64,000 bases of DNA from an uncultured Alphaproteobacteria bacterium (GTDB taxonomy: Bacteria; Pseudomonadota; Alphaproteobacteria; Rhizobiales; Kaistiaceae), in the NCBI GenBank assembly GCA_963830205.1, contig CAWHLP010000009.1, positions 28,072-92,071 of the forward strand, read 5' to 3'. The position numbers and the translations under genes are program-made. How positions within the stretch are numbered: position 1 is the first letter of the stretch; each line of letters begins with the position of its first letter. The notes under the pieces were generated by a model. It did no database searches and was not told the DNA's origin. It worked only from the letters and a program-made list of their open reading frames with translations. Shown here piece after piece: positions 13,771-24,830 of this stretch.

Positions 13771-13830
13771 GGCACGCTCCCGAGACACCCAATATAGGCA
13801 GAGCCGGCGGATTCGGAAAGTTAGCGTCTG

Positions 13831-15729
13831 ATGGCCATTCCCAACGACACTCCCCGCGCCAAGCCGGTCGAAAGCCCGACCGAGCCGTTCAAGCGCGCGG
13901 TGACCGGCTGCATGCGCGCCATCGCCGGCGAGCCGGAGCTGGAGGTGTCGTTCGCGGCCGACCGGCCGATGCTCGCCCACAACAAGGCGCGCCTGCCCGA
14001 GCCGCCGCGCAAGATGACCGCGCGCGACATTGCCATCACCCGCGGCGTCGGCGATTCGCTGGCGCTGAGGCTCGCCTGTCACGACCCGGCCGTCCACCGC
14101 GCCCACGCGCCCGCCGGCAAGAACGCTCGCGCCGTCTACGACGCCGTCGAGCAGGCGCGCGTCGAGGCGCTCGGCGCCAACCGCATGACCGGTGTCGCCG
14201 ACAACATCTCGGCCATGCTCGAGGAGCGCTACCACCGCGCCAACTACCAGGAGGTCACCGAGCGCGCCGATGCGCCGCTCGAGGACGCCATCGCGTTGAT
14301 GGTGCGCGAGCGCCTGACCGGCCGGGCGCCGCCGCGTTCGAGCCGCAAGATCGTCGAGCTGTGGCGCGACTGGATCGAGGACCGCGCCGGCAAGGACCTG
14401 GCGCGCCTCACCGGCGCCATCGACGACCAGGCGCGCTTCGCTGTCGAGGTGCGCGAGATCCTCTCCGCTCTGGAGATGGCCGACGAGCTCTCCGGCGAGG
14501 CCGGCGACCAGGGCGACGACAGCGACGAGACCGGCGACCAGGACGACGCCGAGGGCGCCGCCGAGAGCGCCGAGGGCGCCGAAGCGGCGAGCGACGACGA
14601 GATGGACGCGTCCGCCGACCAGGGCGACGCCGGCGAGGGCGAGGCGAGCGAGGCGCAATCCGCCGAGACGACCGAGGACGCCGACATGGCGGACGCGCGC
14701 GACACCGGCGAGGCCCATCGCGCCGACGCGGCCTTCTCCAACCTGCCGCCGCTCATCGACTACAGAGCCTTCACGCCCCGCTTCGACGAGACGGTCAATG
14801 CCGAGGAGCTGTGCGACATCGCCGAGCTCGAGCGCCTGCGCTCCTATCTCGACAAGCAGCTCGCCCATCTGCAGAGCGCCGTCGGCCGGCTCGCCAACCG
14901 CCTGCAACGCCGCCTGATGGCGCAGCAGAACCGCGGCTGGGATTTCGACCTGGAGGAAGGCGTCATCGACGCGGCGCGCCTGTCACGCGTCATCACCGAC
15001 CCGATGAACGCGCTCACCTTCAAGGCCGAGCGCGACACCGAGTTCCGCGACACCATCGTCACCCTGCTCCTCGACAATTCCGGCTCCATGCGCGGCCGCC
15101 CGATCACCGTCGCCGCCACCTGCGCCGACATCCTCGCCCGCACGCTCGAGCGCTGCGGCGTCAAGGTCGAGATCCTCGGCTTCACCACCCGCGCCTGGAA
15201 GGGTGGCCAGTCGCGCGAGGCCTGGTTGCAGGCCGGCAAGCCGCCCAATCCCGGCCGCCTCAACGATCTCAGGCACATCATCTACAAGGCCGCCGATGCG
15301 CCCTGGCGGCGCTCGCGCCGCAACCTCGGCCTGATGATGCGCGAGGGCCTGCTCAAGGAGAACATCGACGGCGAGGCGCTGGCCTGGGCGCACAGCCGCC
15401 TGCTGGTGCGCCCCGAGCAGCGCAAGATCCTGATGATGATCTCGGACGGCGCCCCGGTCGACGATTCCACCCTCTCGGTCAATGCCGGCAACTACCTCGA
15501 GCGCCACCTGCGCGCCGTCATCGAGGAGGTCGAGACGCGCTCGCCGGTGGAGCTGATCGCCATCGGCATCGGCCACGACGTGACGCGCTATTACCGCCGC
15601 GCGGTGACCATCGTCGACGCCGATGAACTTGCCGGCGCCATGACCGACAAGCTCGCCGAGCTTTTCGACGAACGCGCGCCGACCGAGCCGGTGCGCATGC
15701 CCCGTCCGAAGCGCGCGACGCTGCAATGA
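13831..15729 (+). CDS. cobT: Cobaltochelatase subunit CobT (acidic linker + vWA domain)
   Basis: 632 aa. Central D/E-rich stretch. C-terminal vWA-type [14 protein letters not shown]...[12 protein letters not shown]. Adjacent to cobS. Confidence 0.9.
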   Translation: MAIPNDTPRAKPVESPTEPFKRAVTGCMRAIAGEPELEVSFAADRPMLAHNKARLPEPPRKMTARDIAITRGVGDSLALRLACHDPAVHRAHAPAGKNARAVYDAVEQARVEALGANRMTGVADNISAMLEERYHRANYQEVTERADAPLEDAIALMVRERLTGRAPPRSSRKIVELWRDWIEDRAGKDLARLTGAIDDQARFAVEVREILSALEMADELSGEAGDQGDDSDETGDQDDAEGAAESAEGAEAASDDEMDASADQGDAGEGEASEAQSAETTEDADMADARDTGEAHRADAAFSNLPPLIDYRAFTPRFDETVNAEELCDIAELERLRSYLDKQLAHLQSAVGRLANRLQRRLMAQQNRGWDFDLEEGVIDAARLSRVITDPMNALTFKAERDTEFRDTIVTLLLDNSGSMRGRPITVAATCADILARTLERCGVKVEILGFTTRAWKGGQSREAWLQAGKPPNPGRLNDLRHIIYKAADAPWRRSRRNLGLMMREGLLKENIDGEALAWAHSRLLVRPEQRKILMMISDGAPVDDSTLSVNAGNYLERHLRAVIEEVETRSPVELIAIGIGHDVTRYYRRAVTIVDADELAGAMTDKLAELFDERAPTEPVRMPRPKRATLQ

Positions 15730-16793
15730 GGCGCCGGCGGCTTGCTGCCGCGCTCCTTGCCTGCCTGATCACCTCGCCGCCGCTGACCGCGACGGCGGCA
15801 GAATTGGGCTTTGCGCCGATCGAGGTCACCGCGCGGCCGATTGCGCGCTTCGCGCTCGGCTCGTCCGAGACGCGCTTCGGGGCGCTGGAATTCCGCGGCG
15901 GCCTCCAGCTTTCCTCGCCCGACCCGCGCTTCGGCTCGCTCTCCGCCCTCGACTTTGCCGCCGACGGCCACACGCTCACCGCGGTTGCCGACACCGGCTT
16001 CTGGTTCACCGCCGCCCTTACCGAGGTAGACGGGCGTCCGACCGGGCTCGCTGCTCCGATGCTGGCGCCGATGCTCGACGCCCGTGGGCGCCCCTTCGCC
16101 AGCAAGCTCGATTGCGACGCCGAGGGCCTGCGCATCGTCAGCCGCGACGGCCGGGCGACCGCCTACGTCTCCTTCGAGCGGCGGCCGGCGATCGGCCGCT
16201 ATGTCGCCGCTCCGGACTTCGCCACCGCCCGGCGGAGCGACCTTCCGCTGCCCAAGTTCGTGAACCATCTCCAGGCGAACAAAGGCCTCGAGGCCCTCGC
16301 CGTGGCGCCCGCGGCAGGGCCGCTCGCCGGCGCCATCGTCGCCATCGCCGAACGCTCGCTCGACCGCGCCGGCAACCATCGCGGCTTCATCGTCGGCGCC
16401 CGCCGTGACGGAACCTTTGCCCTGGTGCGCTCCGATCGGTTCGACGTGTCGGACGCCGCCTTCCTGCCCGACGGCGACCTCATCGTCCTCGAACGCCGCT
16501 TCAATTTCACCGATGGTCTGGCCGTGCGCATCCGGCGCATTCCCGGCGCTGCCATCCGCCCGGGGGCGATCGTGGACGGCCCGGTGCTCATCACGGCCGA
16601 CATGAGTGACCAGATCGACAACATGGAGGGGCTGGCCGTGCGCACCGACGAGCACGGCGAGACGATCCTCACCCTTATCTCGGACGACAACGGCAACCAC
16701 TTCCTGCAGCGCACGATCCTGCTGCAATTCGCCCTGACTGAGACCCCCGAGCCATCTCTGTCGCCGCCCTTGCCCACGCCGCGGCCGCACTGA
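15726..16793 (+). CDS. Secreted esterase-like-activity-of-phytase family protein
   Basis: Signal peptide [52 protein letters not shown] strings are typical of phytase-like beta-propeller proteins. Confidence 0.7.
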   Translation: MRRRRLAAALLACLITSPPLTATAAELGFAPIEVTARPIARFALGSSETRFGALEFRGGLQLSSPDPRFGSLSALDFAADGHTLTAVADTGFWFTAALTEVDGRPTGLAAPMLAPMLDARGRPFASKLDCDAEGLRIVSRDGRATAYVSFERRPAIGRYVAAPDFATARRSDLPLPKFVNHLQANKGLEALAVAPAAGPLAGAIVAIAERSLDRAGNHRGFIVGARRDGTFALVRSDRFDVSDAAFLPDGDLIVLERRFNFTDGLAVRIRRIPGAAIRPGAIVDGPVLITADMSDQIDNMEGLAVRTDEHGETILTLISDDNGNHFLQRTILLQFALTETPEPSLSPPLPTPRPH

Positions 16794-16853
16794 AGGGCCG
16801 CAACCTTCGGCAGGCGCGATGCGCTAGGCTCGGCCCGCGCGATCCCGAACGAG

Positions 16854-18791
16854 ATGGAGCTTGCCTTGACCGCCCCCCAAACCGCCCCCTTCGGCTCCTG
16901 GAAGTCGCCGCTCACTGCCGACCTCATCGTCTCGGGCAGCATTCGCCTCGGCATGATCGCGCTCGACGGCGCGGACATCTACTGGAACGAGGGGCGACCG
17001 GCCGAGCGCGGGCGCCAGGTTATCGTGCGTCAGCGACCGGACGGCACGCGCGAGGACGTCAACCCGGCGCCGTTCAACGCCCGCACGCGCGTTCACGAAT
17101 ATGGCGGCGGCGACTTCGCCGTGCACGAGGGCACCGTCTACTTCTCCAATTTCGCTGACCAGCGGCTTTACACGATCGAGCCGGGCAAGGCACCGCGGCC
17201 GTTGACCCATGCCGAGGGCCACCGCTACGCCGACGCCGTGGTCGATGCACCGCGCAACCGCCTGATCTCAGTGCTCGAAGATCACAGCGGCGCTGGCGAG
17301 GCGAAGAACGGCATCGTCGCGGTGAATTGCGATTCCGGTGACGAGACGCTGCTCATCGCCGGCGACGATTTCTACGCCAGTCCGCGCCTCAGCCCCGACG
17401 GTACGACGCTGGCCTGGCTCGCCTGGAACCACCCCAACATGCCTTGGGATGGCTGCGAGCTGCGCATCGCAACGCTTCGTCCGGACGGACTTCCGGGCGC
17501 CGCGCGCACGATCGCCGGCGGGGCGACAGAGGCCCTGTTCCAGCCGCAATGGTCGCCGGCGGGCGTGCTCCATTTCGTTTCCGACCGCACAGGCTGGTGG
17601 AACCTCTATCGCTGGCGCGACGGTACGGTCGAGGCAGTCGCGCCGATGGAGGCCGAGTTCGGCGTGCCCCTGTGGGTCTTCGGGCGCCCCACCTATGGCT
17701 TCGCCTCGGAGGAGCGCATCATCTCCGCCTATAACCGGCGCGGCACCTGGAGCCTGGCCGAAATCGAGACCGGCAGCGGCAGGCTGACCCCCATCGACAC
17801 GCCCTTCACCGATATCGGCAGCCTGCATGTGACGCCGACAAGCGTCGTCTTCACCGCCGGTTCGCCGTCGCTCGCTAGCGCCATCGTTTCGCGCGATCTT
17901 GCCAGCGGCGCGATCGAGACCGTCCGCCGCGCCAGCGACCTCGAAATCAACCCGCGCTACGTCTCGGCGCCGGAGACCATCGAATTTCCCACCGCAAACG
18001 GCCTCACCGCCTTCGGCTTCTTCTATCCCCCACACAACGACGACTATGCTGCACCCGCTGGCGAGCTGCCGCCGTTGCTCGTCATGAGCCATGGCGGCCC
18101 GACGAGCGCAACCAGCGCCACGCTCTCGGCGCGCGTGCAATACTGGACCAGCCGCGGCATCGCCGTGCTCGACGTGAACTACGGCGGAAGCACCGGCTAC
18201 GGCCGTCCCTATCGCGAGCGCCTCAACGGCAATTGGGGCGTTGTCGACGCCGACGACTGCGCCAATGGCGCCCGCTTCCTGGTCGGTGAGGGACGCGTCG
18301 ACGGGAACCGGCTGTGCGTTACCGGCGGCAGTGCCGGCGGCTACACGACGCTTTGCGCGCTTGCCTTCGGCGATACCTTCAAGGCCGGCGCCAGCCACTA
18401 CGGCATCGGCGACCTCGAGGGCATGGCGCGCGACACGCACAAGTTCGAATCCCGCTACCTGGACGGGCTGATCGGCCCTTACCCCGAACGCCGCGACCTC
18501 TACGTCGAGCGCTCCCCGATCCACCACCTCGACGGATTCGACTGCCCGGTCGTCTTCTTCCAGGGGCTGGAGGACGAGGTCGTGCCGCCCAACCAAGCCG
18601 AGGCGATGGTCGCGGCGCTGCGGGTCAAGGGCGTGCCGGTGGCTTACCTGCCGTTCCCAGGCGAGCAGCATGGCTTCCGCCAGGCGGAGAACATCAAGCG
18701 CGCGCTCGACGGCGAGCTTTATTTCTACAGCCGCGTCTTCGGCTTCGATCTCGCCGATCCGGTGGAACCGCTTGAGATCGACAATCTCTAG
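16854..18791 (+). CDS. S9 family serine peptidase (prolyl oligopeptidase/dipeptidyl aminopeptidase-like)
   Basis: N-terminal propeller region. C-terminal catalytic domain with GGSAGGY nucleophile elbow, plus the later Asp and His (GEQHGF). Confidence 0.9.
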   Translation: MELALTAPQTAPFGSWKSPLTADLIVSGSIRLGMIALDGADIYWNEGRPAERGRQVIVRQRPDGTREDVNPAPFNARTRVHEYGGGDFAVHEGTVYFSNFADQRLYTIEPGKAPRPLTHAEGHRYADAVVDAPRNRLISVLEDHSGAGEAKNGIVAVNCDSGDETLLIAGDDFYASPRLSPDGTTLAWLAWNHPNMPWDGCELRIATLRPDGLPGAARTIAGGATEALFQPQWSPAGVLHFVSDRTGWWNLYRWRDGTVEAVAPMEAEFGVPLWVFGRPTYGFASEERIISAYNRRGTWSLAEIETGSGRLTPIDTPFTDIGSLHVTPTSVVFTAGSPSLASAIVSRDLASGAIETVRRASDLEINPRYVSAPETIEFPTANGLTAFGFFYPPHNDDYAAPAGELPPLLVMSHGGPTSATSATLSARVQYWTSRGIAVLDVNYGGSTGYGRPYRERLNGNWGVVDADDCANGARFLVGEGRVDGNRLCVTGGSAGGYTTLCALAFGDTFKAGASHYGIGDLEGMARDTHKFESRYLDGLIGPYPERRDLYVERSPIHHLDGFDCPVVFFQGLEDEVVPPNQAEAMVAALRVKGVPVAYLPFPGEQHGFRQAENIKRALDGELYFYSRVFGFDLADPVEPLEIDNL

Positions 18792-18796
18792 GGAGA

Positions 18797-18822
18797 CGAA
18801 AACGGCGCCCCGAGGGCGCCGT
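18797..18822 (-). terminator. Rho-independent terminator for rpmB (hairpin between convergent genes)
   Basis: Perfect 9-bp stem ACGGCGCCC/GGGCGCCGT with a 3-nt loop at 18802-18822. On the minus strand it is followed by TTTCGTCT. Confidence 0.6.
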
Positions 18823-18849
18823 CCGCAATCCTGCTTTAGAACCGCCGGA

Positions 18850-19143
18850 TCACGCGCTGGCGGCAACCGACCGCTTGGCGACTTCGCGCTTCAGCTTCAG
18901 CGCCCGCGGCGACAGCTCGCTGTCGCGAGCGGCGGCCAGGAACTTGTCCAGCCCGCCGCGGTGCTCAACCGAGCGCAGCGCGTGGGAGCTGATCTTGAGG
19001 TTGACCGAGGTGCCCAGCGCCTCGCTCATCAGCGTCACCTGGTTGAGATTGGGCAGAAACCGCCGGCGCGTCCTGTTGTTCGCGTGGCTGACATTGTTGC
19101 CGGTCAGGACCGCTTTGCCGGTCAATTCGCAGCGCCGTGCCAT
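18850..19143 (-). CDS. rpmB: 50S ribosomal protein L28
   Basis: [36 protein letters not shown] is the canonical L28 N-terminus. Start at internal ATG 19143. Confidence 0.95.
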   Translation of the reverse strand: MARRCELTGKAVLTGNNVSHANNRTRRRFLPNLNQVTLMSEALGTSVNLKISSHALRSVEHRGGLDKFLAAARDSELSPRALKLKREVAKRSVAASA

Positions 19144-19386
19144 GGAAAAATCCTCGTTTGCCGCCGGTTTGCGCCAATTCGGCATGCAACGTGACGGGCC
19201 TTTTTTAGGAAAGTGGCATTGCTATAGTGACGGCCCATTTCGCCGTCAAGGCGGCATTCCGCCGGATCAAACGCCCAGCAATGTGAACGATCCCCTCTTT
19301 CGGGCGTGGTGACGTTCTTGGCAAATCAGCATAATAATGCTCTCGTTAACCAATGGTCAGCCATGATTTGAGGGGTCCCTGCCGTC

Positions 19387-20274
19387 ATGGCGGCCCTTGA
19401 TGCGACACTCGGCACAATGATGATGACCGCTTTTTCAGCCGCTGTCCGGACGTGCAGGAGGATTCTCCTGGCGGCGCTGGTCGTCGCGCCGATGGCCGCG
19501 GCCGGCGCCGAGGCCGCCGACACCACGCTCAAGGCGGGCTACCTGATCACCATCGCCGGCATCACCATCGGCAAGGTCAATGCCGAGGGCCGCTTCACCG
19601 ATACCGGCTACGCCGCCACCATCAGCGGACGGACCTACGGCATCAGCCGCATGGTCTCCGACGCCCATGCCGTGCTTGCTGGCAACGGCCGCATCCGCGG
19701 TGGCCACGTCACCCCGGCCAGCTATGCCCTCGATACCGACGAAAAGGGCTTCCAGACCCATGTCAGCATGGCCATGCGTGGCGGGTCGATCGTCAACGTT
19801 TCCGCCGCGCCGCACCTGATGCCCTATCCCGACCGCGTGCCGGTGACCCCCAACCACAAGCGCAACGTGGTCGATCCGGTGGGCGCCTTCATGGTGGCCG
19901 TCGACCAGCCGATGCAGGTGACCGGCCCCAGCGCCTGCAACCGCACCGTCAAGGTCTTCGACGGCTGGCAGCGCTACGACGTCAAGCTCACCTTCAAGGA
20001 AAGCCGGCACGTCAACAACGCCGACGGCGCCTATTCCGGCGAGGTGTTCATCTGCAGCGCCCGCTACGTTCCGGTTGCCGGCCATCGGTCGGGCCGCGAT
20101 TCGGTGCAATACATGGCCGACAACAAGCGCCTCGAGGTGTGGCTGGTGCCGGTCAACGGCACGCGCGTGCTCGTTCCCTACCGCATCCTGATCGGCACGC
20201 CGATGGGTGATCTGGTGATCATCAACTCCGACTTCACCGTCAGCGCCACCGAGCGGCAGGCGAACGCCGGTTAG
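19387..20274 (+). CDS. DUF3108-like secreted protein
   Basis: Signal-like N-terminus (ALVVAPMAAAGAEA) and KAGYLITIAGITIGKVNAEGRF... pattern. The position next to rpmB is conserved in related genomes to my knowledge. Start uncertain. Confidence 0.6.
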   Translation: MAALDATLGTMMMTAFSAAVRTCRRILLAALVVAPMAAAGAEAADTTLKAGYLITIAGITIGKVNAEGRFTDTGYAATISGRTYGISRMVSDAHAVLAGNGRIRGGHVTPASYALDTDEKGFQTHVSMAMRGGSIVNVSAAPHLMPYPDRVPVTPNHKRNVVDPVGAFMVAVDQPMQVTGPSACNRTVKVFDGWQRYDVKLTFKESRHVNNADGAYSGEVFICSARYVPVAGHRSGRDSVQYMADNKRLEVWLVPVNGTRVLVPYRILIGTPMGDLVIINSDFTVSATERQANAG

Positions 20275-20660
20275 GTCGCCCGGCCCGGTCTATCCACAGC
20301 TTGTCCACAGGGGCCGCCGCAACGCCTGCCGTCAAAATCCCGTCGCAATTGCGAGTCCGCCGAGGCGCCACGGGCGAAGCGCCAGCCCCATCGCTATTTC
20401 TGCGGAGGGATATCAACATGTCGTGGACGGCGACCGGCCGTGCCACACATATCGTGGCGAACGGAAAGGGACTCGACCCGAGTCTGTGATTCGGGCCGGT
20501 TTTGTTCCAGACTCGTTCGCCTGATGGAAAACCACCGGAAGTCAAAGGAATCTCGCGTATTCCGGCACCGCTGTGCTAGAGGGAAGGGGTTGGCTCAGCC
20601 CGCGCTCCGCATGCGTGGGCGAGCCCCTGAGCGGACGACGGAAGACACGCCAGTCCCGAT

Positions 20661-23600
20661 ATGAGTGTTTCCCCCAAGCCCGAACCGGCCGTCGGTGTGC
20701 ACGGCCGCAATGTCGTTGCCGTACTGGGACCCACCAATACCGGCAAGACGCACCTCGCCATCGAGCGGATGCTGGCCCATCCCTCCGGCATGATCGGCCT
20801 GCCGCTGAGGCTGCTTGCCCGCGAGGTCTACTCGAAGATCGCCGGGCGCATTGGCGCCGACCAGGTGGCGCTGATCACCGGCGAAGAAAAGATCGTCCCG
20901 GCCAATCCGCGTTTTCGCGTCTGCACCGTCGAGGCGATGCCGACCGAGACCGACGTGTCGTTCCTGGCGATCGACGAGATCCAGCTCGCCAGCGACCTCG
21001 AGCGCGGCCACGTCTTCACCGACCGCATGCTCAACCTGCGCGGCCGCGACGAGACCCTGCTGCTCGGCGCCGCCACCATGCGCGGCATCGTCGAGAAGCT
21101 GCTGCCCGGCGTCAACGTCGTCACCCGACCGCGCATGTCGCTGCTCACCTGGTCGGGCTCGAAAAAGATCACCCGCCTCCCGCGGCGCTCTGCCGTCGTC
21201 GCCTTCTCGGCTGACGAGGTCTACGCCATCGCCGAGCTGATCCGGCGCCAGCGCGGCGGCGCCGCCGTGGTGCTGGGCTCGCTCAGCCCCCGCACGCGCA
21301 ACGCCCAGGTCGAGATCTTCCAGTCGGGCGACGTCGATTTTCTGGTCGCCACCGACGCCATCGGCATGGGCCTCAACCTCGACGTCGATCACGTCGCCTT
21401 CGCCGGCGACCGCAAGTTCGACGGCTACCAGCACCGCCGCCTGACCCCGGCCGAGTTCGGCCAGATCGCCGGACGCGCCGGCCGCCACATGCGCGACGGC
21501 ACCTTCGGCGTCACCAGCCGCGTCGACCCATTCGACGACGACCTGGTCGAGGCGCTGGAGACCCACCGCTTCGACCCGGTGAAGACGGTGCAGTGGCGCA
21601 ACCGCGATCTCGACTTCTCGACGCTGGCCGCGCTTCATGCGAGCCTCGACCGGCCCCCGACGCGCGACGGCCTGGTCAAGGCGCCGCCGGCCGATGACGT
21701 GGCCGCGCTTCAGTTGGTCGGCCGCGACCCCGACATCCGGGAGCTCGCCGACAGGCGCGAGCGCGTCGCCACCCTGTGGGACGTCTGTCAGGTCCCCGAC
21801 TATCGCAAGATCGCACCGGCCAACCATGCCGAACTGATCGCCACGCTGTTCGGTTTCCTCGCCCGCGACGGCGTCATTCCCGACGACTGGTTCGCCGGCC
21901 AGATCGCCTTCGCCGACCATGTCGACGGCGACATCGATACGCTCGCCAACCGCATCGCCCACATCCGCACCTGGACGTTTGCGGCCAATCGGCCGCAATG
22001 GCTGCGCGACCCGGCCCATTGGCAGGAGCGGACGCGCGCGATAGAGGATCGCTTGTCGGACGCGCTGCATGAGCGGCTGACCGCCCGTTTTGTCGACCGG
22101 CGGACCAGCGTGCTGATGCGGCGGTTGAAAGAGAATGCAATGCTCGAAGCCGAGATTACGCCGGCCGGCGAGGTTCTGGTCGAAGGCCAGCACGTCGGCA
22201 GCCTGGAGGGGTTCCGCTTTGCACCTGACCCGTTAGCCGACGGGCCGGAGGCCAAGGCGCTGCGCAGCGCTGCCCAGAAGGCGCTCGCCGGCGAGATCGC
22301 CGAGCGCGCCGAAAAGGTGGCGACCGCCGCCAACAAGGACTTCATCCTCGCCGGCGACGGCACGCTGCGCTGGCAGGGCGCGGCGATCGCGCGCCTCACC
22401 CAGGGTGACGACGCGCTGAAGCCGCGGCTGATCCTCCTCGCTGACGAACTGCTGCCGGCCGCCGGCCGCGACCGGGTCCAGGCGCGCATCGACCTGTGGC
22501 TCTCGGCCCAGGCGGAGACGCTGCTCAAGCCGCTGTTCGACCTGCGCACCGCCGCCACCCTGGCGCCGGCCGCACGCGGCCTTGCCTTCCGCCTGAGCGA
22601 AGGCTTCGGCATCATCGACCGGGCAACGATCGCCGACGAGGTGCGCAACCTCGACCAGGAGGCCCGCGCCGGCATGCGGGCGCTGGGCGTGCGCTTCGGC
22701 GCCTATCACATCTACGTCCCGGCACTGCTCAAGCCCGGCCCCGGCGGGCTGCTCGCCACCTTCTGGGCGCTCAAGAACGGCGGCCTCGATACGCCCGGCC
22801 TCACCGACCTGCAGCGGCTGGCCGCTTCCGGCCGCACCAGCGTTCCCGTCGACCCGGTGATTCCGGCGGCGCTCTACCGCATCGTCGGCTACCGGCTGGC
22901 CGGCACGCGCGCCGTGCGCATCGACATTCTCGAGCGCCTCGCCGATCTCATCCGCCCGCTGATCGCCTGGCGGCCGACGCCAGAATCCCCGACGCCGCCC
23001 GACGGTGCCATCGCCGGCTACGGCTTCACCGTCACCGTCGCCATGACCTCGCTGCTCGGCTGCTCGGGCGAGGACTTCGCCTCGGTGCTGACCTCGCTCG
23101 GCTATCGCATGGAGCGCCGCCCGGCGCCGGAGAAGCCGGCCGCCGCCGAGCCGCCGGCCGAAGCAATTGCCGAGGCGGCCGCCGCCGAGGACGCGATGCC
23201 GACGCCGGCCGAGCCCGACGCGACAGCGCCTGCGACCGATGCCGAAGCGGCAGTGCCCGAGGCCGAGGCGACGTCCCAGGTGGAGGCCGAAGAAGTCGCG
23301 CCTGCCGTCACGACCGAGGAAGCATGCGAGCCGCTTGCTGCGGAGGAGCCGGTCGCGGAAGCGCCGTCGACCGAGGCGGCCATCGCAGAGCCGACAGCGG
23401 CAGAGCCGGTCGTCGCCGAGGCGCCGACCGCGGAGGCAGCCACGGCGGAGTCCGCACCGGCAGAACCGGGCACCGCGGAACCGGTCGCCACGGAAACCGC
23501 CGAGGCACCGGCCGAGCCGGCCTTCATCGAGGTCTGGCGTCCGGGCCGTCCCGGCGGCCAGCAGCGCCACCATCGCCGCGAGCGCCGCCCCGAGCGCGCC

Positions 23601-23945
23601 GCCCCGGCCGATGCCGCCCCGCGCACCGATGCCGCCCCGCCGGGCGAAGCGCCGGCCGAGAGCGGTGAGCCGCGAGAGCAGCGGGAGCCCAATCGCCGCA
23701 AGGGCAAGTCCGCCAGGCCCCACCGGCAATTCGACCGCTCCGATCGGCCGGACCGTTCCGATCGTCCCGAGCGTGGCGAGCGGCGCGACCGACCAGACCG
23801 CCGCGACCGCGACCGTCCCCACGGCGCTCCGCCACAGGCCACGGGCCGGCCGGAGCGCAAGGAGAAGGTCGCCGATCCGCTGTCGCCCTTCGCCGCACTG
23901 GCTGCGCTCAAGGCGCGGCTGGAAGGCCGCGAGGAAAAAAGCTGA
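20661..23945 (+). CDS. Helicase-related protein (Suv3-like superfamily-2 ATPase) with very long low-complexity C-terminal tail
   Basis: VLGPTNTGKTHLAIERM Walker A, AIDEIQL DExx box, helicase C region SPRTRNAQVEIFQSGDVDFLVATDAIGMGLNL. From ~23115 on, an A/E/P-rich then R/D/E/P-rich tail. Confidence 0.85.
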   Translation: MSVSPKPEPAVGVHGRNVVAVLGPTNTGKTHLAIERMLAHPSGMIGLPLRLLAREVYSKIAGRIGADQVALITGEEKIVPANPRFRVCTVEAMPTETDVSFLAIDEIQLASDLERGHVFTDRMLNLRGRDETLLLGAATMRGIVEKLLPGVNVVTRPRMSLLTWSGSKKITRLPRRSAVVAFSADEVYAIAELIRRQRGGAAVVLGSLSPRTRNAQVEIFQSGDVDFLVATDAIGMGLNLDVDHVAFAGDRKFDGYQHRRLTPAEFGQIAGRAGRHMRDGTFGVTSRVDPFDDDLVEALETHRFDPVKTVQWRNRDLDFSTLAALHASLDRPPTRDGLVKAPPADDVAALQLVGRDPDIRELADRRERVATLWDVCQVPDYRKIAPANHAELIATLFGFLARDGVIPDDWFAGQIAFADHVDGDIDTLANRIAHIRTWTFAANRPQWLRDPAHWQERTRAIEDRLSDALHERLTARFVDRRTSVLMRRLKENAMLEAEITPAGEVLVEGQHVGSLEGFRFAPDPLADGPEAKALRSAAQKALAGEIAERAEKVATAANKDFILAGDGTLRWQGAAIARLTQGDDALKPRLILLADELLPAAGRDRVQARIDLWLSAQAETLLKPLFDLRTAATLAPAARGLAFRLSEGFGIIDRATIADEVRNLDQEARAGMRALGVRFGAYHIYVPALLKPGPGGLLATFWALKNGGLDTPGLTDLQRLAASGRTSVPVDPVIPAALYRIVGYRLAGTRAVRIDILERLADLIRPLIAWRPTPESPTPPDGAIAGYGFTVTVAMTSLLGCSGEDFASVLTSLGYRMERRPAPEKPAAAEPPAEAIAEAAAAEDAMPTPAEPDATAPATDAEAAVPEAEATSQVEAEEVAPAVTTEEACEPLAAEEPVAEAPSTEAAIAEPTAAEPVVAEAPTAEAATAESAPAEPGTAEPVATETAEAPAEPAFIEVWRPGRPGGQQRHHRRERRPERAAPADAAPRTDAAPPGEAPAESGEPREQREPNRRKGKSARPHRQFDRSDRPDRSDRPERGERRDRPDRRDRDRPHGAPPQATGRPERKEKVADPLSPFAALAALKARLEGREEKS

Positions 23946-23951
23946 CCCCAT

Positions 23952-24365
23952 ATGGCCGGCGAGGGTCGCCAGCGCATCGACAAGTGGCTGTGGTTCGCCC
24001 GGCTGGTGAAGACCCGCACGCTGGCGCAGAAACTGGTGCTGTCCGGCCGCGTCCGCGTCAACCGCGAGAAGGTCGACGCCCCCAGCCATCTGGTCAAGGC
24101 TGACGACGTGCTCACCATCGCCGGCGAGCGCGGCGTGCGCGTGCTCAAGGTGCTGGCCCCCGGCACCCGCCGCGGCCCCGCCCCCGAAGCGCAGCTCCTC
24201 TACGACGACCTGTCGCCGGCACCGGCATCGCCCGAGGCCGCGGCCGAAGCTGCGCCCGCCGGCGACCGTCCGGCCGGCTCAGGCCGCCCCACCAAGCGCG
24301 ATCGTCGCGCCACGGACAGGCTGCGCGGCGCCATTGGCGAGGATTTTCCAGCCAAGGACGATTGA
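23952..24365 (+). CDS. RNA-binding S4 domain protein (Hsp15-like)
   Basis: RIDKWLWFARLVKTRTLAQKLVLSGRVRVNREKV is a typical S4/Hsp15 motif. 137 aa. Confidence 0.85.
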   Translation: MAGEGRQRIDKWLWFARLVKTRTLAQKLVLSGRVRVNREKVDAPSHLVKADDVLTIAGERGVRVLKVLAPGTRRGPAPEAQLLYDDLSPAPASPEAAAEAAPAGDRPAGSGRPTKRDRRATDRLRGAIGEDFPAKDD

Positions 24366-24491
24366 CGGGCAAATCCGATCCGCCCGGCCGCCCCGTCGCG
24401 ACTATCCGCGTCTTGCGCGGCCGGAGCAAACCGGATACCGAAATCCGCCATTCCTCTAGCGCCCGAATGGCGCAACCGGCCGGATGGACCT

Positions 24492-24830
24492 GTGACCTAC
24501 GTCGTCAACGACAACTGCATCAAGTGCAAGTACACCGACTGCGTCGAGGTGTGCCCCGTGGACTGTTTCTACGAGGGCGAGAACATGCTCGTCATCCATC
24601 CCGACGAGTGCATCGACTGCGGCGTCTGCGAGCCCGAATGCCCGGCCGACGCCATCAAGCCGGACACCGAGCCCGGCCTCGAGAAATGGTTGCAGGTGAA
24701 CGCCGAATACGCCTCAAAGTGGCCAAATATCACGGCCAAGAAGGACGCACCGCCGGACGCCAAGGACTTCGAAGGCGTGCCCGACAAGTTCGAGAAATAT
24801 TTCTCGCCTGAGCCAGGCGAGGGTGACTGA
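24492..24830 (+). CDS. fdxA: 7Fe ferredoxin (FdxA type)
   Basis: GTG start. [28 protein letters not shown]...[12 protein letters not shown], classical [3Fe-4S][4Fe-4S] cysteine spacing. Confidence 0.93.
   Translation: MTYVVNDNCIKCKYTDCVEVCPVDCFYEGENMLVIHPDECIDCGVCEPECPADAIKPDTEPGLEKWLQVNAEYASKWPNITAKKDAPPDAKDFEGVPDKFEKYFSPEPGEGD

Noticed and set aside
13771-14907. Upstream 379 codons of minus-strand ORF 13537..14907
   Set aside because: Antisense to cobT. Only the last 77 codons, which lie in the cobS-cobT gap, are kept as a low-confidence small gene.
20290-20660. Chromosomal replication origin
   Set aside because: Only two DnaA-box-like 9-mers. There is no AT-rich unwinding element and no origin-associated genes (dnaA, hemE, parAB etc.). 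Kept only as a minor regulatory-site observation.
20595-24089. Minus-strand ORFs 20595..22193 and 22233..24089 (532 and 618 aa), plus plus-strand alternative frames over 22496..24009
   Set aside because: All overlap the helicase gene, whose frame carries Walker A/DExx/helicase-C motifs. The alternatives are Arg/Gly/Ala-rich nonsense.
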